This document shows positions 44,113 to 55,757 of a DNA stretch of 64,000 nt, one piece after another; positions within the stretch are counted from its first letter, which is position 1; every line of letters begins with the position of its first letter. A model generated the notes under the pieces. It searched no databases. It had not been told where the DNA came from and was given only the letters and a program-made list of their open reading frames with translations. This DNA comes from a bacterium (GTDB taxonomy: Bacteria > Zhuqueibacterota > Zhuqueibacteria > Oceanimicrobiales > Oceanimicrobiaceae): assembly GCA_046757025.1 (NCBI GenBank), contig JBHHXN010000013.1:1-64000 (forward strand), written 5' to 3'. A program made the translations under genes and the position numbers.

Positions 44113-46098
44113 TTAGTCTTTTATTTTTTTACCAAAAATAAAAACGACCGCCATTAACAAAATGGTTCCAATGATCAACGAAAGAAACACATTCAAGCCC
44201 CATCCAACCGGCAAATAGCCCACCAGGCTCGCTACGATACCCACAATCACGGCATAAGGCAATTGTGTGCGTACATGGTCCACATGGTCGGCTGCTGACG
44301 CCATGGAAGACAGGATTGTGGTGTCGGAGATCGGTGAGCAGTGGTCGCCCAAAACCGAGCCGGACAAAACCGCACCGATGGTCCCGATCATTATTTCATG
44401 ACTCAAAGCCTGCGAAACGCCCATCTCCAGAGGAAGTTGATGTGCAATGGGAATGACGATGGGGGTCAGGATGGCCATGGTGGCCCAGGAGGTTCCCGTT
44501 GAAAAGCTGATAAAGGCGGCTACCGCAAAAGTGACAAACGGTATGAGATGCGGTGAAAGGATGCCTTTAGATAAATACACGACGTAATTCGCCGTGTGCA
44601 GATCGCCGCAAATGTCGCCAATTGCCCAGGCCAGAATTAAAATCATGGCGGCTAGAAGCATGGATTTGTAGCCGTTCACCATGGCGGTGATGGTTTCGTT
44701 CAGCGATAATATTTTCTGTGCCAGCGCCATGACACAGGCCAGAAGCAAACCGGTGAATGATGCCCACATTAAAACCGCGAACGAATTGGCCGCACCAAAA
44801 ATTTCTCCCAATTTTGCCGAGGCAGCGTCGGCACCCAAGGCCTTGCTGCCATCAAAATACAATCCGACCAAAGTCACAATAATCACCATGAGGATCGGCG
44901 CCAGCGCATTGTACCATCGCAAAGGAGTTTTTTCATCTGCGATCATATCCAGAGAAGCGCTGTCGGTCAGAGGTTGCGCGTTTTCGCGCAGCACCAGACC
45001 GGAAGTGTTGGCTCGAACTTCCGCGCGGTACATGGGGCCAAAATCCCGCAAAGTGCTACCGATTAGAAATACAAATATCAACGCCAAAATGCTGTAAAAA
45101 GCATAAGGGATGGATTGCAGAAAAAGATTGTAGGCGTTGTGCGGCAGGTCGAGCGAGTTGAACGCCTGGTCGATGAGACCGATTTGAAAACCAATCCATG
45201 TGGACACCAGAGCGATGGAGGCCACCGGCGCCGCCGTAGAATCCACGATGTAAGAGAGCTTTTCCCGGGAAATTTTCAGGCGATCGGTAAATGGCCGCAT
45301 GGTGTTTCCCACGATAAGAGTGTTTGCGTAATCATCGAAAAAGATCAACACACCCATGAACCAGGTAGCCAGCTGCCCGCCGCGGGAATGGTTTGCGTAT
45401 TTTGAGAGTTTCTGTACGATGCCCTGGGTACCGCCGGCTTTTGAGATGACGCCCACCATCCCGCCTAACGTTAAACTGAATATCAAAATGGCGGCGTGAT
45501 CGCTGTCTGCCAATGAATTGGTCAAATAGGTGTCGATGGTTTTCATAAATCCGAGAATGGGGTTGTAGTCAAACAGAAAAATGCTGCCTAACCAGATACC
45601 GCAAAACAGTGAAAGAAGCACCTGGCGCGCTAAAAATGCCAGGGCAATGGCCAGCAAGGGCGGCAGTAAGCTCAACGGGCCAGGAATCACTCGCACGCGG
45701 CTTTCAGCAGAGATGCGTCCGTGTGTGATTTGGATGGTTTGACGTCCGGTACTTTGCAGTAACGCGTTGGATACGGCAGCTTCACCGTTATGTAACAGGA
45801 TGGTTTGCGGCGAGGTGAGCTCTCCGGTCTCGGTACGAATGTTGATTCCCTGGATGTGGACTGGCCCTGAGAATTTCGAATTCAGGTTTCCATCTTGGTC
45901 GAAACTTTTAATTTGAAAAGAGAATGCCACATTTTTTAGCACGAGATTCGGCAGCTGTAATTCCAGGCGGGTAATCGTTGCATTTGAATCAGCAGGAATA
46001 GTCGATTCAGATTGGGCGTTTACTTGTGCCGGTTGCCAGATCAAAAGGCACAGAACGACGAAAACAAAAGCGGAGACGGCTCGGTTTTCATATCTCAT
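44113..46098 (-). CDS. NhaC family Na+/H+ antiporter with N-terminal extracytoplasmic domain
   Basis: FFDDYAN, DSTAAP, TGTSW and GDHCSPISDTT; signal peptide plus ~110 aa beta-rich domain. Confidence 0.88.
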   Translation of the reverse strand: MRYENRAVSAFVFVVLCLLIWQPAQVNAQSESTIPADSNATITRLELQLPNLVLKNVAFSFQIKSFDQDGNLNSKFSGPVHIQGINIRTETGELTSPQTILLHNGEAAVSNALLQSTGRQTIQITHGRISAESRVRVIPGPLSLLPPLLAIALAFLARQVLLSLFCGIWLGSIFLFDYNPILGFMKTIDTYLTNSLADSDHAAILIFSLTLGGMVGVISKAGGTQGIVQKLSKYANHSRGGQLATWFMGVLIFFDDYANTLIVGNTMRPFTDRLKISREKLSYIVDSTAAPVASIALVSTWIGFQIGLIDQAFNSLDLPHNAYNLFLQSIPYAFYSILALIFVFLIGSTLRDFGPMYRAEVRANTSGLVLRENAQPLTDSASLDMIADEKTPLRWYNALAPILMVIIVTLVGLYFDGSKALGADAASAKLGEIFGAANSFAVLMWASFTGLLLACVMALAQKILSLNETITAMVNGYKSMLLAAMILILAWAIGDICGDLHTANYVVYLSKGILSPHLIPFVTFAVAAFISFSTGTSWATMAILTPIVIPIAHQLPLEMGVSQALSHEIMIGTIGAVLSGSVLGDHCSPISDTTILSSMASAADHVDHVRTQLPYAVIVGIVASLVGYLPVGWGLNVFLSLIIGTILLMAVVFIFGKKIKD

Positions 46099-46127
46099 AT
46101 TTAATTCCCCGGATTTTTTTGAGCAAA

Positions 46128-46156
46128 ATTATACGAATAAATGTCAAAAAAGTAAA
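46128..46156 (-). promoter_or_regulatory. Sigma70-type promoter for nhaC
   Basis: TTTACT-17 bp-TATAAT on the minus strand. Confidence 0.5.
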
Positions 46157-46311
46157 GGATTAATTTACATTAAGTTAACCGCTTTGAATTTGCCTTTGAG
46201 TTTATATCTTGATTTTCGTATATTTTTTTGTAAATTTGGGCTGTTTATTCAAAATGCATTACTTGCCGTTCTCATTCAAACAATCACAAATTTCAAGTTC
46301 GGAGTAACTAA

Positions 46312-48982
46312 ATGTTGCTGATTCAACAGAGCAGGCAGGCTGTCATTTCACGGATTTGCGCTTTTTTAAGAACATTTTGTGGTATCGTCTTCATTTTCGC
46401 CACAACCGGCACTGGCTGGGCGTCTGGAAAATTATGTTCAGATAGCAAAAGAATACTCTGAATTAACATCAGAATATTTTAACTACCACGGGGTCGCTCG
46501 CAAAATCATCAATTTAAACGGCACCTGGCAGGCCAAAATCGACGATGACCAAACCTTGAAGCAGGTTTGGATACCCGGCAGCTACCAGTCTGAAGGGGAG
46601 GTGGAGTTCCAGCGCAGATTTCAAATCGACTCGAGTCTGACGGATTATGCATTTGTTCTTTATGCATTTGGAGTAAATAACAATTGCAGCATTTTTGTGA
46701 ACGATGAGTACCAGGGCGGCCATGTGGGTGGATTCTCTTCATTTAAAATCATTTTAAATAAAGAAAATCTGATTATCGGCGGGGAGAATCAAATCCTTGT
46801 TTTGGTTGACAATACCTCCTTGCCCAGAGAGAGTCTACCGCTGAAACACAGTCCACGGCTGGTGCAAAAAGACGGCGGGATTTTCAGGGATATTTTTATT
46901 GTGGCCATGCCAACGATTTTTATCGATGAGGTGGCGCTGGCGCAAGAATTTTCAGATGATTTTACCAAATGTCGATTAACGGTAAACAGCGTCATTCGGC
47001 AGGTTGGCAACGCTTTGGCGGGAGACAGCCTCGATTTAAAAGTGCGTTTAGAATTGTGGCAGCCGGGTGCTCAATCACCGCTTGCCAGCGCCCCCGAGCT
47101 GCCCGTTCATTCGACGCTGGATTTGTTTACCATTTCGGCGGAGCTGGAGCTTGAAGGTTTTGATCTCTGGCGCCCCGAGCATCCGCAAATCTACGAATTG
47201 CGTGTTTTGTTGACCGATTCACAGCAAATTTATGACGAAGTCAGATTGACGGTGGGTATTTCTGAATTAAAAATATCCGGCAAACAGTTTGTGTTGAACG
47301 GCCAGCCGTTGCTACTTCAAGGTGTGGACTGGTTTGAAAATTTTCCTGACTACGGCGCCGCCGCAGGCTGGCAGCAAATCCAACAGGAAGTTCTCCGGCT
47401 AAAAAGTACCGGCGCCAATGCTGTGCGAGTCGTGGGGACGCCGCCGCATCCGTTCTTTCTGGAAATATGCGATAAAGTCGGTTTGCTGGTTTTTGAAGAG
47501 TTGCCTTTGTCTGTAACTCCGGATCAGCGATTTCAGGATCCCAAGTTTATCAATATGGTGATGAATTATTTGGATGAACTTGTCCGGCGAGATGCGCACC
47601 ATGTTTCTCTGGCTGGCTTGGGCATGGGCTGCGATTTAGAGTTTACTAAAAGCCCGACTCTGGATATTTTGCAAAAAATGAGAGAGCGCTTTCGCCGCTA
47701 CTCCCGAAAGCCGGTTTATGTGTCATTTAGAAATGTCGGGCAGGTATTATTTCGGCACGAAACCGATTTCATCCTGGTAGAAGCGTTCGGTAAAAATGTA
47801 ATTCAACTTTCAGGATTTTTAAATGGCTTTGCCAATTACGATGGGCCTGTGGTGGTTTCTCTGGGTTATCCATTAAGAAAAAACAACCAGAACTTGTTTT
47901 CTTTTGATGAGGTTATAAAAACTCGAGCTGTCAATCCAAAGGATCGAATCGCTCTGCAAATTGAGGTTCAGGAAATCCAGGCGTATCAATTACAGCAAGC
48001 GCTGAAGGCCGTCACGGATAATCCTCAAATAACCGGCAGGTTTATTCACACTTATGCTGACTGGCTCGGAGCTCGACCGGGCATGATTTCAGGGGCGGAA
48101 GAAAATCCTTATCTGAATGCGTCGGGTATGGTTACACTGAGTCGGGAGAAAAGAACGGCTTTCGATGTGGTGCAGGCTTTTTTTAAATCCAACCCTACGG
48201 CGAACATTGCACCGCGATTTTCAAGCGTCCAGAATCCGGTGGTTTATCCGGTGAGCGGTATCGTCTTGATTTTGTTTTTTCTTTTCAATTTTAACCGTAG
48301 TCGAAGACTGCGAGGCAATCTTCGCCGGATATTTCTCTATCCGCACGGTTTTTACATGGAATTGGCGGACAACCGAAAAGTCTCCGCCGGACATACTTTT
48401 CTATTGAGTGTCGTGACCAGCGCCGTTCTGGGAATCGTATTATCCAGTATCGCCTTCTATTTTCGAAATGATTTGCTGGCGAATGAAATGCTGGATTTGC
48501 TAATTGGCTCCCCACAAGTCAAGTTGTTTTTTGTCGAGCTGGTCTGGCAACCCGCTCGATTCATCTTATTCGCCGTAGCCGGTTTCTACGTGCTTAGTTG
48601 TTTTATCATTTTGGTATTTAAACTTATCTCTTTTTTCCTGGGTAAAAATTTGCCCATCGGGCAATTCTTCACTCTGATATTCTGGGTGGGTGCGAACTTT
48701 ATCTGGCTGTTGCCTATCACGCCCATTTATTACCGAATTCTCAATCAAACCAGCTGGAAAATGCCGGCAGTGAGTTTGCTGCTGCTTTTTACCTTTTGGT
48801 TTGGAGTGAGGATGTTCCGCGGCATTAAAGTCGTTTTCAATTTGACCATGGCTAGAGCGCTGTCTTTAACTCTGATATTGTTTATCCTGTTCTTCGGTGG
48901 ATTGGGCTGGTATTACGATACTTATCACGCTTTTTTTGATTACCTGCCGATGTACTGGGATTTTGCCATGAACCAGCTTTGA
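46312..48982 (+). CDS. GH2-like protein with C-terminal multi-TM domain; apparent +1 frameshift after the signal peptide
   Basis: LNGTW, GHVGGFSSF, GGIFRD, LWRPEHPQIY and FVLNGQP; RBS, ATG and signal peptide at 46312 lie in a different frame from the body ORF 46379-48982. Confidence 0.7.
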
Positions 48983-49048
48983 AAGCACGGTCTTCAAAAT
49001 CCTCGGTTGCCGCGAGCGTGGTTGCTGATTGCTTTTTTTTCGATTTCA

Positions 49049-49807
49049 TCATGTGCGCAGATAAGATGCGCCGTTGATATCCACGATGCAGCCGGTGAGA
49101 TAATCGATGCCTTCGGAGGCAAGGAACAAGACCGTGCGCGCCACTTCTTCCGGCTGCGCGATTCTGCCCAGAGGACTTTGGTTGCGGATGGCTTCCCCTT
49201 CGGCTCCTTTTAAAATGGGCCGAGCCATGTCGGTTTCAACAAAACCGGGCGCCACCGTGTAAATAAAAATATTATGCGGGGCCAGGGCTTTAGCCAGCGA
49301 CTGACCCATGGCGTTCAAGCCGGCTTTGCTAGCGCCGTAGGCCGGCGCATCCGGTTCACCGCGAAAAGCGCCGCGCGAGGAAACGTTTACTATTTTGCCG
49401 CCGCCTTTTTTGAGCATGTGCTGTATCACACAAAATGACAAGTGCGCAGGCCCGAATAAGTTGGTTCTCAGGGTTTGCTCCCAGTCAGCCTGCCACTGTG
49501 CATAGCTGCACTCCCGAATGGCATGCGATTTGAAGATGCCCGCGTTGTTTACCAAGATGTCGATGGTTGGCATTTTGTTAACCACCGTTTCCACCATTTC
49601 AAGAATCGAATGGGCCTCTGCCAGATCAGCCTGTACCAAGAAGTGCTGCGAACCGATGAGCGACGACAAGGTTTTTTCTGCGGCTTCGCGGTGCTGGTGA
49701 TAATGTACTGCCACCCATGCCCCTTGCTCTGCGAATTGTTGCGCAATCACCCGACCGATGCCGCGTGAGGCGCCGGTAACCAACACGTGTTTTTCAGAAA
49801 AATTCAT
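49049..49807 (-). CDS. SDR family oxidoreductase
   Basis: TGASRGIG, NNAG and YGASK; AGGAGG RBS before the ATG at 49807. Confidence 0.92.
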   Translation of the reverse strand: MNFSEKHVLVTGASRGIGRVIAQQFAEQGAWVAVHYHQHREAAEKTLSSLIGSQHFLVQADLAEAHSILEMVETVVNKMPTIDILVNNAGIFKSHAIRECSYAQWQADWEQTLRTNLFGPAHLSFCVIQHMLKKGGGKIVNVSSRGAFRGEPDAPAYGASKAGLNAMGQSLAKALAPHNIFIYTVAPGFVETDMARPILKGAEGEAIRNQSPLGRIAQPEEVARTVLFLASEGIDYLTGCIVDINGASYLRT

Positions 49808-49942
49808 GATCTTGCCTCCTTTAGGAATTTGGTAATTCATTTTCTCCGTTGGTATTTAACTGCAAATCCCCGAGGCCTTTCGTTTACGGCTGATCTGAAT
49901 GTAGCCAAGGGGTTGCCCAAAGGCCTGACTGATAAAATAAAG

Positions 49943-50010
49943 GGTCATCCTTGCGAAAGCAGGAATGCACCCTCGGCCAGGAGGCGTCGGGAAGAGAGGA
50001 TCGTTTTCAT
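49943..50010. repeat. REP half plus dispersed repeat, copy 2
   Basis: GTCATCCTTGCGAAAGCAGGAAT followed by a sequence matching 16669-16713. Confidence 0.6.
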
Positions 50011-50017
50011 TGAGACA

Positions 50018-50587
50018 CTAATTATTGCGGTTGTGGATGAAAAGGGACAAACCCACCACCAATTTGTGCTCAGTAAAAGCCGCAACCGGATCGTTGAAAA
50101 TCCGGCGGAATTGGTATTCTGTGCGCATCCCCACTTTTTGCCCGAACAGGGTTCGAATTCCCAAAGCGAAGCCAGCCGGGACTCTCCGTTGACGAAAACT
50201 TCCTAACCATTCCTGACGTATTCCGCCGCCGAGGGCCAAAAACAAATGAGCTGTGCTGCGGCCAAGTGCGCGCTGCCAGGTCACGGTACATTGCATGTCG
50301 AGTAAATCCAACGCACGAACGTGCGCATAAGCCAATTCTAACTCCAATCCCCCCAAACCGCTCAAGACTGGCAGTAGGAACCTGCCTCCGCGGATGCTCA
50401 ATGCTGCATTGGCGAGCCCTTCTTGCACTGTCAACGTGCCCGAAAATCCCAGTTCCCAGGCCCCGGTATTGAGCGCCGGCCGAGGGGATGTTTTCTCCTG
50501 GCAGAAGGTGTTGTCTGGTACGACGATAAAATGCAAAAGCCCCATCGGGACTGACAGATATAAAATAACAGGGAAAAGCCACTTCAA
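50018..50587 (-). CDS. Small outer-membrane beta-barrel protein
   Basis: GGAGG + TTG start; GAWELGFSG, RTEYQF and LVVGLSLF strands. Confidence 0.6.
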   Translation of the reverse strand: MKWLFPVILYLSVPMGLLHFIVVPDNTFCQEKTSPRPALNTGAWELGFSGTLTVQEGLANAALSIRGGRFLLPVLSGLGGLELELAYAHVRALDLLDMQCTVTWQRALGRSTAHLFLALGGGIRQEWLGSFRQRRVPAGFALGIRTLFGQKVGMRTEYQFRRIFNDPVAAFTEHKLVVGLSLFIHNRNN

Positions 50588-50591
50588 GCGG

Positions 50592-51620
50592 TTACCTCCA
50601 GCTTTTTGACAATTCATTTGCCGCGGGCTTTCTGGCAGGGGAGAAGTCAGTATTTCCTGAGCCCCCGCTGCCGTCCGCTGGCCAGTTCCACCAGTACAAA
50701 CCTTTGAGCCATGTGAGGCTGCTGGTGGCCTCCAGAGCCGCCCAGTAAAGGTCGGCTTGTTCCGCGAGATCAATTTCACTTTTTCGCGTGAATTCAAATG
50801 GCTGCATGCCGGCGCCATCCACGCTGCGATAGCCGATTTCGGTCAGGATGATGACCTGACCGGTTTGTTGGTGTAGCAGCTCTAATTTATTCAACCAGGG
50901 CTGCCAGCCAGCGAGAATTTCAAAACGCGATGGATTACGGCGGTTGGACACTGGAAAATAAAAATCGACGCCGATGAACGTTAGCTCATTCCAGAACGGC
51001 ACGCGTGAGGCTTCGTCCCAGGAGGCAGCGTATATTAAATCGCCATCAAAAACTTGCTTGATGCGATGGATCAAGTTTTGCCAGAGTGCCGGCTGAGTGA
51101 GGGTGCCGGCTAACTCCGTTCCGATAATAAACTGCGCGGCTCTGTGCTTCTGTGCGGTTTCAGCCAGAGGGAGAATGAAACTGGCATACGACTCAAACCA
51201 TTTCTCGGGATGACGCGGCTGAATGTGTCCGCGCCAGGCACCGTCCACCAGATCCACGTGCGGCTTCAAGCTCACTTCGAGTCCCAGCGACCGGGCAAAA
51301 AATAGAGCTTGTTCCACGGCAGCCGTGCGCGGTGTTAAATTCGCATCTAAAAATATTTTATCCGAATTGACTTGCGTTTGATAAGCGGTGACGATAATCG
51401 CCAGATGATTGGCGCCGGTTGCGGCGATTTCGTTGATGGCCAATTGCGCAGAAGCGGTTTTATAACCGCTGGCGGTCCAGTCAACCAGCGTGATCCCGCG
51501 GATGGGTAATCGAGAAGATCCCGCCGATTCCGTGGGCAAATTGCCGCAGCCGATGAGGACAGCCGCACTGCATACAATACGGAGCAGAGTAATGAATCCA
51601 TTAAATTTGTGAGCACCCAT
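50592..51620 (-). CDS. GH113-like glycoside hydrolase lipoprotein
   Basis: LIGC lipobox; LKPHVD, WRG, IGTEL, GVDFYFP, LTEIGY and YWWNW. Confidence 0.8.
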   Translation of the reverse strand: MGAHKFNGFITLLRIVCSAAVLIGCGNLPTESAGSSRLPIRGITLVDWTASGYKTASAQLAINEIAATGANHLAIIVTAYQTQVNSDKIFLDANLTPRTAAVEQALFFARSLGLEVSLKPHVDLVDGAWRGHIQPRHPEKWFESYASFILPLAETAQKHRAAQFIIGTELAGTLTQPALWQNLIHRIKQVFDGDLIYAASWDEASRVPFWNELTFIGVDFYFPVSNRRNPSRFEILAGWQPWLNKLELLHQQTGQVIILTEIGYRSVDGAGMQPFEFTRKSEIDLAEQADLYWAALEATSSLTWLKGLYWWNWPADGSGGSGNTDFSPARKPAANELSKSWR

Positions 51621-51654
51621 GAGTTTGGCTCTGGTCCAGGTTCAAAGGAACGGA

Positions 51655-53349
<1,695 letters not shown>

Positions 53350-53531
53350 GTTTTCACTTTTCCTCACATTTTAGCTTGCGTCTTTGGGATTTTCCATCAA
53401 AAAACAAAATTCTGATTAAAAAGTATTTAGTTTTTCTTTCGGTCTATTTAGTGGTACTTTTATCGAATGCAATAATAAGATTTTTTTTCGTAAATCTCAA
53501 TATAATTATTCAGGTATCGCAAATAATTTTT

Positions 53532-54186
53532 TAACTATTCAGCTCTGAAAGCAAAATTTTTTTATGGCAAAATGATTTACAATCTCAGCTAAGGAAGCAT
53601 CGTTTTGAAGAGGATTCTACCCTGGTCACAAGTGCTCCATTTCATCACCATTCACGAAGCGAACCGAATAAACCGGTCAAGACTTGTTCTTAAAATGTTT
53701 CGCTTGTCGTAATGGATGAAACCTTAAATGAGACCTTTGAAGTGATCATGGGAACTTTTTGCCTGCCAGAAATATTTGAGTCATGTCTGATTGCAATTTT
53801 CTTGACTACGTTCTCAACACCATCGCGAAAATGATAAACTGCCTAATAAAACAAGCTGTTTCCAGGAAAGGCCCCAAATCTTTTACAAGATTTGTCATCC
53901 GTTGTTTGAGCCACATGCTATCTTTGTCTCGCTCTAGCCATCCTGAACCATCAAAGGTATGGGCATAACGTTTCTCTGGTGTTTGCCTTCCAAAATCTAC
54001 CCAGTTCCCGATGAATCGAGAAGGCCAACTCCATGATTGGGTAATCATGTAAACGAAAATCGTCATACGCATGGATTTGACTTCGACGCCATGAGTTATT
54101 GACATGGTTTTCCCAGTCAATCATTTTGCCATAAAATTATTTTGCCTTGATTTATTTTTTGCGATATGCAAGCGGCTGAATAGTTA
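53532..54186. mobile_element. Inverted-repeat-bounded element carrying a decayed gene
   Basis: Outer IR TAACTATTCAGC / GCTGAATAGTTA (12/12); inner ~27 bp IR at 53551-53577 / 54119-54145. Confidence 0.6.
53589..54105 (-). pseudogene. GxxExxY-family protein remnant (frameshifted, internally deleted)
   Basis: Fragments in different frames: MSITHGVEVK, DDFRLHDYPIMELAFSIHRELGRFW, TPEKRY..WLKQRM..LGPFLET, AVYHFRDGVENVVK..GRQKV..SFKVSSIT. Confidence 0.6.
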
Positions 54187-54280
54187 CGATCCGCGACCAT
54201 TAAAAATATAAGCCCTTTGGGAACTCAGGAATTAAATTTATACACCTGAATTATTCATACAAAAGAGAGCGAACCTGTTG

Positions 54281-54326
54281 GGTGTTCAGCCTTTAGGCTG
54301 CCAGGACACGCTGAAGCGTGAACACC
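54281..54326. repeat. REP doublet
   Basis: GGTGTTCAGCCTTTAGGCTG..CACGCTGAAGCGTGAACACC. Confidence 0.65.
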
Positions 54327-54428
54327 GACCGTGCTTTTCAAAACTCAGGTTTTCGATTTTGAGCGTAAAATCCTGGTTTGTGAATAATCCAAGTACAATG
54401 TTTTAAATTAAAATATAAAGATCGTACT

Positions 54429-54599
54429 ATTTGTGAGGACACTAACGAGAACAAAGACCTTGATGAAACCGACACCCTGATTGTTGCTCTCACTGTTGAA
54501 CCTGACGGTTTCTTACTAACTGGCCACAAAAAATTAAAAACAAAACTGAAAAGAAAAGGATTCAACTCGTTTTATGAGTACCCAAAAACTCAAAAGTAA
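54429..54599 (+). pseudogene. C-terminal fragment of a PIN-domain protein
   Basis: KDLDETDTLIVALTVEPDGFLLTGHKKLKTKLKRKGF resembles the PIN D.D.D..FVAL..L.TGDK.L pattern; no start codon or N-terminus. Confidence 0.55.
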
Positions 54600-54754
54600 T
54601 GATATATCGAAATGCCGACTCGCGACTTAAAAATATCACAACGCGTGGACTGGACGAAGGTCCCTTGAGATTTGGGTTGGTTTTGTGGTGTCTCAATGCT
54701 TTTATTAAATAGCAAACTTGAGTGCTCTTAATTCCTTGACTACTCACGTCCACA

Positions 54755-55219
54755 TTACGGCTTGCGCGCATAATCCCCTTCCATAAACGTCTGCCACTGT
54801 TCGCCATCCCCGGAAACGTCCATTTTGAAGGTGTAGCGATCGTCGCCGATGAGCTTGAAGGTGCCCCGGCTCCTGCCTTGGGGACCTTCCTGAGTCATGG
54901 TGAGTGTGTCTTTTTCAAATTGACCCTTGAAAACATTTACAGGCATGCCCATGGAGTCCCACCAGTGCAGGAGGTAGCTATTTTGAGCGGAGTCCCAGCT
55001 AAAAACGCCGTGCCCCCAAAAGTTGACTTTGCCGTCGCGGGCTTGCTCATAGTCCTGCACTACGACAAAGCCATCAACCGAGAGGCGATTTTTAATTTTT
55101 GCCTGCGCCACACCGCCGCTGGGATGCCAAGGAGAAGGATACATTTTTTCTTCGCCCTGCCAGGTTCCGACAAACCTTTCTAATATTTTATGTGCCTCTG
55201 TGGGTTTTGGCATTTCCAT
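54755..55219 (-). CDS. DUF1579-like protein
   Basis: MPKPTEAHKIL..FVGTW and WWDSMG; GGAGG RBS. Confidence 0.8.
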   Translation of the reverse strand: MEMPKPTEAHKILERFVGTWQGEEKMYPSPWHPSGGVAQAKIKNRLSVDGFVVVQDYEQARDGKVNFWGHGVFSWDSAQNSYLLHWWDSMGMPVNVFKGQFEKDTLTMTQEGPQGRSRGTFKLIGDDRYTFKMDVSGDGEQWQTFMEGDYARKP

Positions 55220-55270
55220 GTTCTTATCCTCCACTCAATTTAATTTGAAAGTAACTGATCGGTCTAAATC

Positions 55271-55416
55271 GTCATGCTGAGCATCTCATCGGAAGGAGCA
55301 GCACGAAACATCTTGCGAACCGGCTAAGAGATTTTTAGCACATCCGCACCCGTGGAGATGAGCAAAGAATCCGGGTTTGTGCCCAGAATGAAGACAGAGT
55401 TAACTGGATAACGATA
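55271..55416. repeat. Degenerate GTCAT-type REP plus one MITE end
   Basis: GTCATGCTGAGC..CCCAGAATGA; GAGTTAACTGGATA at 55397-55410 is identical to 21303-21316. Confidence 0.5.
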
Positions 55417-55757
55417 CGTAGCCGCTCTCTTGTAGTATAGGTGATTTTATTGGCTTGACTGGAATATTGGGTTTTGAATGGTGACAATATTCCCTATTTT
55501 TTAACAGCTTCGTGGGACAAATTATTCCGGAATTTGGAGAATGTCAGAATTCCTTGATAAAAAAAGCAAAATGAAATCTTTGATCGGCAGTAAAAATGAT
55601 CGGGTAATTTAGCCATATTCAATCCCAAAAGATGTTGTGTGTGCCGTGCAGGGTATCTTGCTGTTTTTGAATGCACCATTTCTTAGCGCTTTTGGAATCG
55701 CAGCCGGATCAACTGGTCCATTTCGTTTCAGGTAAGATATTTGTATGGAGGCAGTTT

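Noticed and set aside
49870..49927. AGGCCTTT..AAAGGCCT stem upstream of the SDR gene
   Set aside because: Only an 8-bp stem, with no match to a regulatory RNA I know
50588..50818. N-terminal extension of the small barrel ORF
   Set aside because: Overlaps the GH113 gene; GGAGG + TTG at 50587 is the better start
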